From Negaprion brevirostris (taxonomy: Eukaryota), in assembly GCA_030324005.1 (NCBI GenBank), contig JARDVH010000059.1:68526273-68590272 (forward strand): DNA of 64,000 nucleotides, written 5' to 3'. A model generated the notes under the pieces. It saw only the letters and a list, made by a program, of their open reading frames with translations. It had not been told where the DNA came from and searched no databases. The number at the start of each line of letters is the position of its first letter. Within the stretch, counting starts at the first letter, position 1. A program made the position numbers and the translations under genes. Shown one piece after another: positions 1-12,619 of this stretch.

Positions 1-1163
1 TGCATTTTCTCCACAGTTTCCCTCTGTCACAAGAGTATGAACAGCGCTCTAGTCTAACCAACGTCCTATTTACGTTTGATGTAATTTTAGACTCAAAACC
101 CTGGAAAAAGTTTCACCTTGTTAAATGAGGTGCAACTGGATTTTTAAATAAACAACTAACTTCATAATAATTGTTTGTAACCCTTACTGTCCCCCAAAAA
201 GCTAATTTTATATTTATGGAATGTTAAATTGCTCTGCAATATTTTAAAAATCTACACATTTTTAAAAGCAGGTTGTTTTTATCTTTATTTCATTTATATC
301 ATAACATTTAATTCACAATCTGAAAAGTTAAATTAAAAGATCTGGAGTGCTTTTAACTTCCTGGTTTTTCATGTGTGGATATTTTAATTTGATGGGTTGA
401 CTTCCAACTTGCTGCTAGCTGCTGGATGTCAAAACAACCCCTCGATTTGACTCCAGGTTTAAAATGGTGTCAGGAAAGGGAACTTCCTGCCATGGAGTCC
501 TCTTTTGTGGGCAGCTTTCTGTGGGGTCAGTGATGAGTGTCTGTGTTTCGCCATTGACCATTAAATCCAGGTTATTGTGTTCACTTATACACTTACCCAC
601 TCTTTCTGCAAAAATGCCACTATTATTAAAGCACTTTTACTATTTAAAAAAGGGCATTATAATTATACTGCTGGTTAAGAAACTGAGCCAAACATAACTG
701 AAAGATCTCAAGCTTTTAAATTAGCTAGTTTCAGCAAGGGCTATATTTGGCTTCAACAGGCCTGGGTTCAAGAATGAGGAGGCACTAGAGAAGGGAAAGG
801 GAACAAAAATTTAACTGAGATACCTGATCATTGCTAGGGAAATGTGTATGTGGACATGGGCTGAGGACAGAATGAGACTACAGGATGTAAATGGGATGAC
901 AAAGAGTAAATTGGGGTGCCATCATGCACTAAAATATTCAGTTCTGGACCTCAGATCGGATTCTCAATTGATTTAGCAAAGCAAAGCATTTCAGGAGAAG
1001 CTAACATGGCAGAAAACTATACATTTACTGTAAACAACGATAAAATACAGCTAAAGAAAAGTAGTTGAACTTGATATCCTAATGGGACGTCCCTTCTCCG
1101 TAAGAAATTAAAACACTGAACATAATTCAGAATTAATTAAATTCCACTAACTGTAAATCTTAC

Positions 1164-1252
1164 CTCGGTCGTGGATGGTCACATGGTGATTCTTTGCGTT
1201 TTCTTGAGTCTATTCTGGCTGGGTCAGAGGAATTTTCACCCATTCCACTCAT
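1164..1252 (-). CDS. NCOA2: First coding exon (coding part, 89 nt) of a p160 nuclear receptor coactivator, most likely NCOA2 (TIF2/GRIP1/SRC-2)
   Basis: Minus strand translates MSGMGENSSDPARIDSRKRKESPCDHPRP(S), close to recalled human NCOA2 [29 protein letters not shown] and including the RKRK basic motif. Donor GAG|gtaaga at 1164/1163. The paralog call rests on MSGMGEN, R13, E21 and the 19-nt UTR; some residues are NCOA1-like. Confidence 0.85.
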
Positions 1253-1271
1253 CTTGTGGACATATAAGCAG
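1253..1271 (-). other. NCOA2: 5'-UTR part (19 nt) of the NCOA2 first coding exon
   Basis: Acceptor tctcttttaacttcactag|CTGCTTATATGTCCACAAG ATG. The 19-nt leader has the length and most of the sequence of the recalled human NCOA2 leader. Confidence 0.8.
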
Positions 1272-1607
1272 CTAGTGAAGTTAAAAGAGATGTTTCAATT
1301 AACACTATGAAAAAGCACTGAACTCTCTCAATTTTAATACCTGGTAGGTTCTGTATAAGTTTCTATGCTTATCTGTCCGGGATAGTTCGACTTATGCTCA
1401 AGTTCCAAACTTGTTAACTCATTTGAGATTTCATATTGAAAAACTGATATTAGTGTTAATAGTTAAGCATATCGAAACTTCATGTCATAAGCATGTCATA
1501 AGCCAAATTTGCATAACATGTTATACAGCATGCAACTAACTCATGATAATCCTTCAGTATGATATAACAATGTTAACACAATTATAGCATGGAGGAAAAC
1601 ACATTAT

Positions 1608-2068
1608 GGCCTGAACTTTTCAGATGGTGAGGCATGAACCGTACCATTTGGAGAGTCAGTGAGGATGCGTTCCACTGATTCTGACAGTCACTGTCATTTT
1701 ATACTGAATGTTAATGGGCAGCAGGCAGAACTTCTGTCCTCACTTGGAAAGGTGTTCCATCCTAAGACAACCGGCAGCCGACAGCTCTTCAACCTATCCA
1801 GGCACAGCACTGTAGTGGCCAAAGGAGGCACTGCTGCAAGGTCTCCGAGACTATTTCATATCCTGAGCTTTCTGACATCTGCCAGCCAAAAATGGATGCT
1901 GGGCAGGAAAAGGCCCTCAAATGACCACTTAATGGGGCATGGACGGGTTTCCCATCTGAAACTCTACCTGCCCCTGCATAAAATCAGGTCCAGAGCAACT
2001 CGAACCCACTCAATGTCATGCTCTCTCACCTTCTCAAGACCCCTCAAGTGGAATGTAAAATTCAGGCT
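1608..2068. mobile_element. Non-autonomous DNA transposon (MITE), PIF/Harbinger-like
   Basis: TIRs ggcctgaactttt ... aaaattcaggct; 3-bp direct repeat TAT on both flanks; interior more GC-rich than the surroundings. Confidence 0.65.
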
Positions 2069-2499
2069 TATGCATAAATAATATGAAATATCAGTACTAT
2101 AGGGAAGAAAAAAAAGCAGAAAGTTTACCACATGACACAAAAACTGAAATCTCTGCCTAACTTTACACCAATCCTGACCAATGGAAACTACCTTTAGTCA
2201 GATAAATTCAATTGCTTTACAAGACCATGGCCAAAAATAGCAGTGGTACAAACTCAACAGCAAAATACAAAATATTTTCAGTTGGTGAACACAGTAAGTG
2301 AAGGCAGTTCTGATCATTGCACCACACGAGTTCTTGGTCAGCAAGTGTTGTTGACCTGCTACTTGACCAAGGAAGGTTTGTTTCTAGTTAAACCCAAACA
2401 CGAACTTGCCTTCAGTGGTAACTCTCATCTTCTCCAGAAGGTCACGTGTAAAGCCCCAACTCAACGACATCAGCAGCTGAGACTTAATCTCAGCTGACA

Positions 2500-2640
2500 C
2501 ACTAGTGAAGGCCTGCTGCATCGTTAAAGGTGCTCACTTTAGATGGGATGTTAAACCAAGGCCCCAGATTCCCTCTCAGGGAATCACTGAAGATACAATG
2601 ATCAAACGGTAAGATGTTCTCTTGATCAACACACCACTAA
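2500..2640 (+). mobile_element. Deu-domain SINE fragment (SacSINE/AmnSINE-like)
   Basis: aggtgctcactttagatgggatgttaaaccaaggcccc...ctctcagg resembles the recalled Deu core; related copies near 53800, 55280, 58350 and 60270. Confidence 0.55.
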
Positions 2641-2789
2641 CTTGCCTTGACGCTATCCGATCTGAAAGATCAACATTTGTCCAGCTGTGTAACCCAGAAC
2701 ATTGGGGTCTGGTTGGCTGTTATATAATCCCTATATAATGAAAGGTACAGTTCAAGTGATTCTCAGGGATGTATGATCTTTATCAATGA

Positions 2790-3740
2790 TTTGGATGAAC
2801 AGCAATCTATATTAAGGATGTGGACTAAGGAGCCAACTATATTGTAACCAAGTTTGCTGAATATACTAGAGGTAGGTAGGAAAGCAAGTTGTGATGAGGA
2901 TGCAGAGTCTGCAACGGGATAGGTTAAGAAAGTGGGTAAAAATTTGGCAGATGGCAAGTAATGTGGGAAAAAATGTGAGGATGTCCACTTTGGCAGGAAG
3001 AATAGAAAAGCAGAATTTTACTTAACTGAAGAGAGGCTGCAGCACAGTGGTGTTTAGATGCCCTTGCACATGAATCACAGTTAGCAATGGGCACATGAAA
3101 GTATTTCTGAAGACAAATGGAATGTTGGCCTTTTTGCAACAGGGATGGAGTATAAAAGTAAGGAAGTCTGGCTACAATAGAGGGCCTTGAGGCAACACCT
3201 AAACTGCTTTGTACAGTTCTGGCCTTCTTACTTGGATTGGAGGTAGTTCAGAGAAGGTTCATTGGAGTGGTTCCTGGGACAAAGGCCTGTCTTTTGAGGA
3301 AAGCTTGAACAGGTTGGGGCCTATATCCACTGGAGCTTAGGAAAATGAGGCATGATTTTTCTCCTAAGATTCTGAGGTGGCTTGATAGGGTAGATGCCAA
3401 GAGGGCATTTCCCCTCATGGGAGGGAAATTTAGAATTGGGGCACAGCTTAAAGACAATTGGTCTGTCGTTAAAGCCAGAGGCGAGGAGAAATTTCTTCTC
3501 TCAGATGTGTTAGTTTTTGAACCTCTCCTCCACATCCAGCACTGGAAGCTGGGTTATGGAATATATTCAAGGCTGAGTCCAACAGATTTTTGACCTGCAA
3601 AGGAATCAAGGATTATGGGAGGCAGGCAAGAAATTGGAGTTTAGGCCACAAATCAGACCAGCCAGGATCTTGCTGAATGGCAGAGTAGGCTGAATGGACA
3701 GAATGGCCTACACCTGCTCCTGTTTCTTATGATTTTATGA
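2790..3740 (+). mobile_element. CR1-clade LINE, 5'-truncated and degenerate (RT C-terminus plus 3' UTR)
   Basis: aagtttgctga (KFAD of the RT motif), tggcagatg...aatgtgggaaaa...cactttggcaggaagaatag, and the tail gaatggcctacacctgctcctgtttcttatgattttatg; frameshifted. Confidence 0.85.
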
Positions 3741-4149
3741 CTTATCCATTGGATTAATTCTGATAGTTAACTGCAAATTTAACTGAAGATTACAAGACAG
3801 TTATAGGAGTTAGTTTGCAGATTTTGACCAATATATCAATTTGGTGACCAGCTGTAATACTGGCTGAGGAAATATATCCTAGGAGAACAGTTTAAGCAGT
3901 TGCCAATACGAGTCACATCAGGAATAACTCATACCATTACAAAAGCTACTGTTTGTTGTCCTTTCAGATGCTTTCACCAAATTCCCATGGTGGCAGTGTT
4001 GGAGGATTAATATGTTTGTGACAAGTAGGCACAAGCATTACTTGAGTTAACAGTCGTAGCAAAGCAGACTTTCCAAAAGGAACTAAAGTTTGAAAAACTT
4101 GCATAATTGATGCGATAACAAATTTAAGATAACACAGCACAGGTTTTTT

Positions 4150-5234
4150 TGTGGCGTGATGCTTCTGTGCCTTTAAGAAATGTACTTCTATCATCTTTCC
4201 ATCAGGGTTTGTTTGAAAATCAGCTCTGTTTTACAAGGTGCCAATTGTCTGGAAAAACAGGGCGCTTCAGGTTGAGAATGCAGGGTTAAGACTAATTTTG
4301 GCTAATAGTGTGATTCAGAGTTGATGCATTTTCATTCACTTGGGTTTCCCTTGGGGTTTCAGTGTATTTTGATTAGGTTCATTGACAAAAGACAGAGTTA
4401 TGTGCAAATGGGAGCAGCTAAGCTTGCAGGGAAGCTATACAATTACTCTTTTATTTTAAAGCAATCAGGTTTCTGCCTGGTCCTGAAAGAAACAGCATGG
4501 TGGCAAAGTGAGAGTGAGACAATGGTTAGCACTGCTACCTCACAACGACAAGGCCTCAGTCTCAATTCCAGCCTTAGGTGACTGTGTGTAGAATTCATAT
4601 ATTCTTCCTGTGACTACTTGGATTTCTTTCAGGTGCTCAGGTTTCCTCCCCCGGTCCAAAGGTTTACAGGTTAGGTGGATTGGTTATGCAAAATTGCTCC
4701 TTAATGTCTCAAGATGTGTAGGCTAGGGAGATTAGCAGGATAATATGTGGGGTTACAGGGATAGGGCCTCGATAAGATACACTATCAGAGAGTCAGTGCA
4801 GACTCAATGGGTTGAATAGCCTCCTTTTGCATTGTAGGGAGTTTATGATTCTATGAAGCAAGAGTGGTCTTTCTGTCTCTCTCTACAGGTGTTTAAAAAG
4901 CTCTAAGATTGTTAACAAGTACAAGAGTTCAAGCTTGTGCGTTGCTAACTGATTTTGAAGACAGGTTTTAAGTTTGCAAGAGGAATATTACTTGAATTGG
5001 AACTAAGACAGATAGATCAGCAGTTAAGAATTGTATCTTGTCATGTTTAAGTACTGTTCAAATACTTGTTACAGTTAAACTGTATTGTTAAATAAAGTTT
5101 ATTTTGATAAATGCTTCCTAGTGTGTCAATAGAATCACCCTGCACTGAAACACCTTATCCTTACAATGCTGAAATAGCAAATAGTTAGGGTCTAATCTAA
5201 CTTGATAATATACTTTGGGGTTTCTGATCTAACA
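4150..5234 (+). mobile_element. Probable solo LTR interrupted by a SINE
   Basis: TG...CA ends (tgtggcgtga...gatctaaca) and AATAAA near 5092. No TSD found. Confidence 0.4.
4497..4856 (+). mobile_element. HE1-like (V-SINE) tRNA-derived SINE, near full length
   Basis: tRNA-like head ggttagcactgctacctcac, V-domain ggtgctcaggtttcctccc...ggttaggtggattgg, and CR1-type tail gcagactcaatgggttgaatagcctcc...atgattctatga. Confidence 0.85.
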
Positions 5235-5299
5235 GTGGGCTATAGCTACAATAGCTGATGAGTTCGTACAAAATGCCAAAGTTAAGCAAGCCCATATGT

Positions 5300-5900
5300 T
5301 ACGTAGAATTTTATGGTCAGAAAGAGTCCCATTGTCCAACAGGTCTATGCTGGTGTTCATGCTTAACATGAGTCTCCACTTATTGCATTCCACCCCATCA
5401 ACACGTCCCCCTCAAAATGCATCTAAGCTAAGCATTTCAGCCATTCCATATAATAACAAGTTCCATATTCTCAATTTTTTGAGAATGCATTTCTTTCTTC
5501 TGAAGTTTTTTTTTCCTGAAATCTTTATTGAATTTATTAGTGATTGTCCTGTGGGCCTTAGTTTTGGACGTCCCCACAAGTGGAAGTATCTTTACAACCC
5601 GTCCATCAGATCCTGTCAGAACCAAAAAGGCTTCTATCAGGTCATTTCTCAGATATTTGCTTTTCTAGAGAAAAGAGAACCATCCTATTCAGTTTTTCAT
5701 AGATTACTGTTACACAGATGGAGGCCATATAGCCCTTCTGAACAATCTGTTAATCAGTTCCACTCCTAACTCTTTCCCATTAGTCTTAAGTTTCTTGATA
5801 GTTGTATCATCTCTCTCCAGTAGCATTCTTTAAATTCTTTTTGAACTTTCTCAACTTTCTATTCTCCTTTTGTAAGAACTGTCAAAATACTCTGCATTTA
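5300..5900 (-). mobile_element. Old CR1-type LINE 3' remnant
   Basis: Degenerate reverse-complement CR1 3' ORF/UTR motifs (e.g. ccccacaagtggaagtatcttt, tctagagaaaagag). Confidence 0.5.
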
Positions 5901-6004
5901 ATCATTTCTGCGCTTTGGAACTCTATTCCTTAATAAATTAATCCTAGTGCCCACTTCACAATTTAATGGCTTTGTTGACATGTGTTGTTATTTTTATTGA
6001 AAAT

Positions 6005-6100
6005 TCTGATGAAATATCAGACTTGAAATTTTACCTCCCATTTTTTTTTCACAGATGCTGCCAGACCTGATTACTTCCAGCATTTTCTGTTTTTATTTAT
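6005..6100 (+). mobile_element. Penelope-associated terminal repeat fragment
   Basis: tctgatgaa...cacagatgctgccagacctga...ccagcattttctgtttttattt; the same motif recurs near 35390-35510 (-), 37130-37230 (+) and 49180-49280 (-). Confidence 0.6.
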
Positions 6101-6609
6101 TATTGACGTATTAGATTTGCAGAAGCCAGACTGACTGGGATTCTAAGGGACTACCTTTAGTTTGCTTGTGCCTCTCCATTAATGATACTGTCCATAACTG
6201 GAACTGGAACATTACTCTGAAACTTTCCAAATGTTAAGCGCAAACAGCTTGCAAACATTAGCGATAGCAAAAAACAATAAAATGGACAGTATAAAACACA
6301 AGTGCAAAATAAAAATATAACAGGGCAATAGTGCTGAAGAGGAACAGAACGCAACAGAATAAGTTAATATAAGGGCAGGGGAAGAGAAAAAGGTGCAAGA
6401 AATAGAAAGTAGCATTCACACCAAATGAATGACTATCTTTTTAAAATTCAGATTGTTGTCCTGATGGATATGTCCTTCAGATATATTTGAGAAAAGTAAC
6501 TTCAAAATATCAAATGTTTAATTTAGAAAAATACTGAATAATGAAAGTGCTCCTTTTCATGTTATGAAAATGTCCTATGACCCAAATTATTTCCCTTATA
6601 AATTATCCC

Positions 6610-6760
6610 TTCATGTCCTGGGATGCGTATGTTAGAGGGACTAGTGGGGAAAATACGTGGGGTTTTGGGGTTAGGGCCTGGGTGGGATTGGGATTGGTGT
6701 CAGTGCAGACTCAATGGGTCGAATGGCCTCCTTCTGCAGTGTAGGGTTTCTATGATTCTA
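6610..6760 (+). mobile_element. HE1-like SINE 3' half
   Basis: gtcagtgcagactcaatgggtcgaatggcctcc...ctatgattcta matches the 3' part of the 4497-4856 copy. Confidence 0.8.
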
Positions 6761-8929
6761 TAAAACTACACTGCTATTGTCACTACTTTTTTTGATTTCA
6801 AGGTGCTGTTCACATTGCTGCATCTGCCACTGTGCTCACCAAACAGGAAAGGATGTGTTGTCAAAGCGAAAGTCAAAACCACTATTTTAATCTTAAAAGT
6901 AAAAGAATTAGTGACAACACAACCCACAAGGCAGAGAAACTGCTCAAAAAAGAGTTAACTCTTTGAGGACCACACTTTCCACAAGAGCATTCTTGTGCAA
7001 GGTACTGCAACTATGATGATGACCTATAAGCCTCTAACACTAGTCACAGTGAAATCAGGTGTTTGGTGCTGTTACCTCACCTTTTCTATGCATGTATAAT
7101 GAAGATACAAGCACACTCAAGACGAACATTCAACTGTTCCACTGTGTCCTTCCACAAGAAAGGAAATTCAATCTTAGTTTACATTGCTCGCCATNNNNNN
7201 NNNNGTCAGGCAGAAGTGCTGTAGAAACTTTAACTAACATGGTTCAAATGGTCCTTGTGCCATTTTTCCATGGTTTTCTGCGCCTTTTCCAGCAATGTTT
7301 TGATAGGTCAGTGGCAGAAACCAAACTGAAACTTTGCCCATTGTCAGCTGATTCAATCTACCACCTTTTTTTGGGTTATCTTGTTAATTATTTTACTAAA
7401 ATCCAAGAAAATGATACATGCACACGCTCTCAAAGTTATCTCCAATAGGAGATGCCCAAAAATGTTGAAGCTGGGGACGGGATACATGCAACAATGAATG
7501 GGTTACATAGAATTACCCACAAATGTGAGATTCCCAAAAATTGGGGCCCTGCTTTTCTACTCTACAAGCTGAGGATTTTTAAACTGAATGAGTAGGTTTG
7601 ATGGATCAAATGGCTGTTTCTTATCTTATGGCCTATTCACTGGTTTACTTCTGGTAGTTAACTTCAAATTCAACCGTGAAGATTACAAGACAGTTAAAGA
7701 AGTTAGTTGGCAGATTTTGACTGACAGTTCAATTGGGTGACCAGTACTGAAGGCAGGTTTTAACAACAGTGCAGAAGACAGGAACTGCTCAGAACTTTGA
7801 GGGCTAGATCAAAAGGAGATCCTAAGCCACTTTTGGCCCCACAGGCCGCTCCTTGCACAGCTCTGACCTAAAGCAGCGTGTGGGGTTTTCAAATTCTCAC
7901 TTCAGGTAGGATAAGGCTAAGCTGAAAAACGCAAGCGAAGGGGCTGTGATGAAGTTACAGTTGAGTATGACTCAAGGATACGAGCATCTTCTACCTAGAA
8001 AGATGACAACTGGATGGAGGTAGAATTGAGGCATTCAAAATCTAGCCAAATACTTAGATAGCACAAAGAAAGCCCAGTGTCAAATTATTTACTGATATTA
8101 CGCCTCTTCTGTAGGAAACTGCTTTCTTTAGCTTGTTAAATAATCATAGCAGCATGATTAACATCAATAACATAACTCGGTGGCTTAAGAACACAAACCC
8201 ACGAATCTACTGGAAGACAACTGCTCCATTGTGCATTTCTGTCGATGCATTTCTTTTGAAAATGAAGTAATTGGGACAAAGTTGCATCAAATTTAAAAAG
8301 GAATTACTTCCAGGGTCAATTAAATAAGCATATTGATCAACAAGTAGCATGCTAGAAAATCCCAAGACTCCATTCTCAGTAATTAAGGCAGACACATTGA
8401 GACAAACACATTGAGGCAAAAGTGTCAGTTTCAAACTGTTATCCACTAATTTCTCTTATAAAATGTGTGTGTCTGTCTGGTGAAAACACAGTCTTCACCA
8501 TGAGGCTTTCACATTTAAACGATAAATGAAGCATGGTCCAGTTAAATGAAGCATCAGGTGTCTGTTTGTACCCATGAAACCAAACAGAAGGCAAGTAAAA
8601 TGGCAAGAAAGGTTGGTTTAATTATACCTTATGTTTGCATTTTGCAATGCACAAATATAATTTTGGCATACTTGTAGAAGCAACAATCATGTATCTTTTA
8701 ACTTTACTTCTTCCAGACTGCTGTACAGGTTCTCTGAACTTCAACTTCAAATGGCAGAGAATGTGTACTCTATAAATGGCAAACAAACTCTACCTTTGTG
8801 GATTTCTTATTAGGATTTTGGACACACAGCTAACCACCACCAAAAAATATGACCTTTGTAGGAATGAAATAGAGTCTCCTTTGCTCCTCCCACCATTGAT
8901 AGGAGCTGGAGTATTTCTTTCCAACAACT

Positions 8930-9800
8930 AGCAGTTAGAATTCACTTCATTCCGCCTTCTTAGGCAGCCCCTTGGGGTTAAGAATAGCCTACTTCCACTC
9001 TGGTTCAACAGGATCCAAATAATTGGTAAGTCCAGTGTGTGATCTGCAGACACTGCCACATGCAGGACAAGTGGCTCTTGGACGGTCAGGTAATGAGTTG
9101 TTCGGAGGTTTGTGTACTCCCTCCAATGCTTAAATTCCACCTCTGCACATTGCTGATAAAATCTCCCTGTCATCCAAGTCTTCAAAGCATATAGGTCTGT
9201 AAGGGTCACTGCTGCCTACTAAACCATGACCTTAGTCTCGTGTTCAAGATTCTGGTACGTAAGTATGATTTTCCTCATAAGGTCAAAGGTTGAGCTGGCA
9301 CAATGGAGATAATAATGAATTTTATCAAACTGTGGCAAACTGAAAGACAGTCATCCTACAGGTGTCAGATATCAAAAGTGCATCTTCAAATCTACCTTTT
9401 AAAGAACAAGATGGTGGGTCGGAAGGGTGCAAAAGATCCAACAATTAATGGACACCAACCGTATGTACGTGTTCTTTGGGCTGTCAAAATGTCTGGGCCC
9501 AAGCACCCAGCAGAGGATCTCATCAAGGGTGGCCATCAGTGCTCGTGAGAAAGAACCTTTTGAAGAATTCCTCAATGAGATTCTGGCTTCAACTTGAACG
9601 CCCTGAACTCCATTTTCCAATATCCCTCCTCATGCCCCTCATTTTGGGGAAAGCAGCGCATGCTGGTACACCACAAGAGTACTGTGACCATAGCAGTATT
9701 TGGAAAGGAAAACGAGCACAATGGGAGTAACGACAGAGGTGTCTCCCTGCTGACTAATAAAAGGAAGATTGTGACAAGGATCCTCAATAGCCCCCTCCCT
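8930..9800. mobile_element. RTE-clade LINE remnants (fragments apparently in both orientations)
   Basis: The plus-frame peptide AVFGKENEHNGSNDRGVSLLTNKRKIVTRILN resembles the RT N-terminal motif IFKKG...NYRGISLL...GKI.ARIL. Heavily decayed. Confidence 0.55.
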
Positions 9801-10949
9801 GTGGCCAACTGGCCCCACCTTTCTAATACATCAATAAAACAGTAACCTCCAAAATAAAGATTTCCTTTAGGGCCTGGAAATGCAGCAAAATGGATTCCAT
9901 GAGCCACGATAGTCATGCACAGTCAGAAAGGCATGATATTACATTCATATCATAATTCTCCAACAGCAGTTTGAAAGAGTATAGAAAATTCTTAATACTT
10001 GCTGCAACAGGTTTATGCCTTTGGGTCTATATAAAAGAATGCAACTTCCTAGCAATATGTGACTTTATTCAGTTTCCACCATTAATTCCAAGATGTAACC
10101 CTAAAAGGAAAATGGCAATCCTCCCCTCAACAAACACTTGGGTGAGACTCTTTTGGGATTTGTCTGGTAGAATAGGCAAAGTGTAACTCTGGAAGCACTA
10201 GGTATTCTCAAGCTGTTCCCTAGAAACCTAATCAGTCACAAGCCAAAGATTCTTTTTCATTTCAGAAAGTTTAAAAAACAAGAACGTAATCTTGTTAAGA
10301 CCCAACTACATAAACTGGACTCTGACTCGGAACCGCATGCTTTGGGGACAGGCTATTCTGGTTGCATCCTGGGGTTCAGCAATTTGCATGTCACTGCTAA
10401 CAGCTCACACTGTTTGACACTTCACATAATGTGACAAAACTATGCGGTAAATTCACAAATGCATCGTTATTTTGTCATAAGGAGGCAGTTTTAGTCCTTT
10501 TGCCTGTTTTTTTTAAGTGGGAACATAACAGGACTCAGATGAAATTCAAAGTGAAGGACTTAATGCTCTGTTCCTACCTGCAGTGAGCTGGGAAATAGAT
10601 CCAAGGCTGTCAACAGAAACATGCAATGGCTTCATTTATTTGTATAAGTCGGGGTTCCATTATGTACAACTTTGAAAACGAGTGATGCCTATTCTACACT
10701 ATCCCCACTCACTGCAAGGCAGCCAGATTAGTGTCCCTTAAAAGGGACTACTGGGACAACCGCATGGTTTTGGAAGATGAGCAGGGATTTTTTTTTCGTA
10801 TGTGTTCACAAAAACCATATCACCCACTTCGCCTTCTGCTGAGCGAATCCCAAGTCCCTTTATGTATAAGTTGCCAGATCAGCTACACAGCTGTCGTTGG
10901 ATTTACTGCCACCTCACCAAACATGCATTCCTTTGGCATCATTTCATAT

Positions 10950-11210
10950 AAGCATAGAATGCAGAAGGAAGTCATTCAATCCATTAAGTCTTCACCGACT
11001 CATTGACAGGAATCTTGCCCAGGCCCCCTCTGTAACCCCACACATTTACCATGGCCAATCCACCTACATCTTTGGGAAGAAACCAGTGCGTCCAGAGGAA
11101 ACCCACACAGATATGGAGAGAACGTGAAAACTCCACACAATCACCCAAAGCTGGAATTGAACGCAGGTCTCTGGTGCTGAGAGGCAGCAGTGCTTACTAC
11201 TATGCCACTT
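10950..11210 (-). mobile_element. HE1-like SINE
   Basis: Reverse complement of the tail, V-domain (gaggaaacccacacaga...actccacaca) and tRNA head (ggaattgaacgcagg...ggcagcagtgct). Confidence 0.85.
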
Positions 11211-12619
11211 TGGCTTCTCCCATTTTATTTGGGGGTCACCACAATTCTACCTGTCAGTCAGCCATTCCTATTCCAATTGTGTGTTCAAGTCTTTTGCGGG
11301 TACATTTTTTCATCCAACATCAGGCTTTCCTCTTCTTGGCAGGCCCATCTCCATCATCATATTTCCTCTTTCTCCCTCCACTAAATGATCACACCATTTC
11401 AATCTCTTCTCAGTTACTTTTTTCAGTCTCCCACAACCTTCACTAACCCCCTGATGTGCTGATTCCTGATTTTGTCTTTTCTCATTACACCACACATCCA
11501 TCTAAGCATCCACGTCTCATTAGTATCTAGTCATTATTCCTGTCTTCTTGATGTTGCCCAAGTTTTTACACTATTTAAGAAAGCCCATCTCACAGTCTCT
11601 TGCAGATTCTTCTTTTCAGTTTCAGGTGATACTTTTCTGTCACAACACTCCACTGCACTTCTTCCAAGTACACCTACCAGAGTTAATTCATTGCTTAATT
11701 TCCATGCTTGTCTTCTGCCAACATTGACTCTTGAAACTACCCTTTCTCCAAGTCTTCGCCCAAAATCTTCACACGTTTACTCTGACCCTCTTTCCGAGGC
11801 TCAAACCGACAGTCCATTAGGTCTTTGGTTTACTAATCAGCATACTGGTGTCTTCCAATACTTTTCTTCAATTCTCCAGGTACTCAGCCATGTTCTCATT
11901 CTTCCCATCACCCAGCTCAATCATTGACCTCACTCCCTCAATGTCATTGGTAATAATTTGAGTGTTTTGGCATTGGAAGCACGAAAGGTACAATATTTGG
12001 ATGAGTAAAACCATTTTTATTATTGCTTAGTAGTATTTGATCACTGTTTTACACTAAGGTTAATACTCATATCTATGCTGATTTTGGGTTCACACATTTG
12101 AGGTCAGACATTCCACCATCTTCTATAGTCCAGAAAATTCCAAAATCCAGAAGTGACCCAAGTATTCCAGACTGGAGAGGTTACAGCGTGTATAAACGTG
12201 TTTACTTTTTAAAAGGACCCACCTGCATCCCAGCAATGCATTAATGATCTGGTTACAAATGAAGCTGCAAGCCATATTTATGTGAATAAAGAGGTCAGTT
12301 ATGTCTCATTAAAGTGATGAAACCTGGTCAATTTAGTTAGTTAATTTATTAGTCACAAGTAAGGCTTACAGTAACACTGCAATTTGAAAATCAGGAAGAA
12401 ATTACATCCCTAGTTCATGTTTCAATTTTACCATGCGAGTAGAAGTAAGTTTACATCTACCAACCGAAATGATGTAACAGAGCCAAATATTCACCTACTG
12501 CTGATAATTAAAATACATTTCAATCAAATGGATGCAACAATTGGTTGTTAGTCAATCTTGCTTGCAGTAAGTGAGATTGCAATTCAATGTCCAATATTCA
12601 CTATATGCTCACTACTTTC

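Noticed and set aside
1659-2081. 140-aa ORF
   Set aside because: Lies within a MITE, starts at GTG and has no recognisable domain.
7765-7778. 14-mer resembling recalled human NCOA2 non-coding exon 2 on the minus strand
   Set aside because: Flanks do not align and there is no splice donor at the expected position; probably chance.
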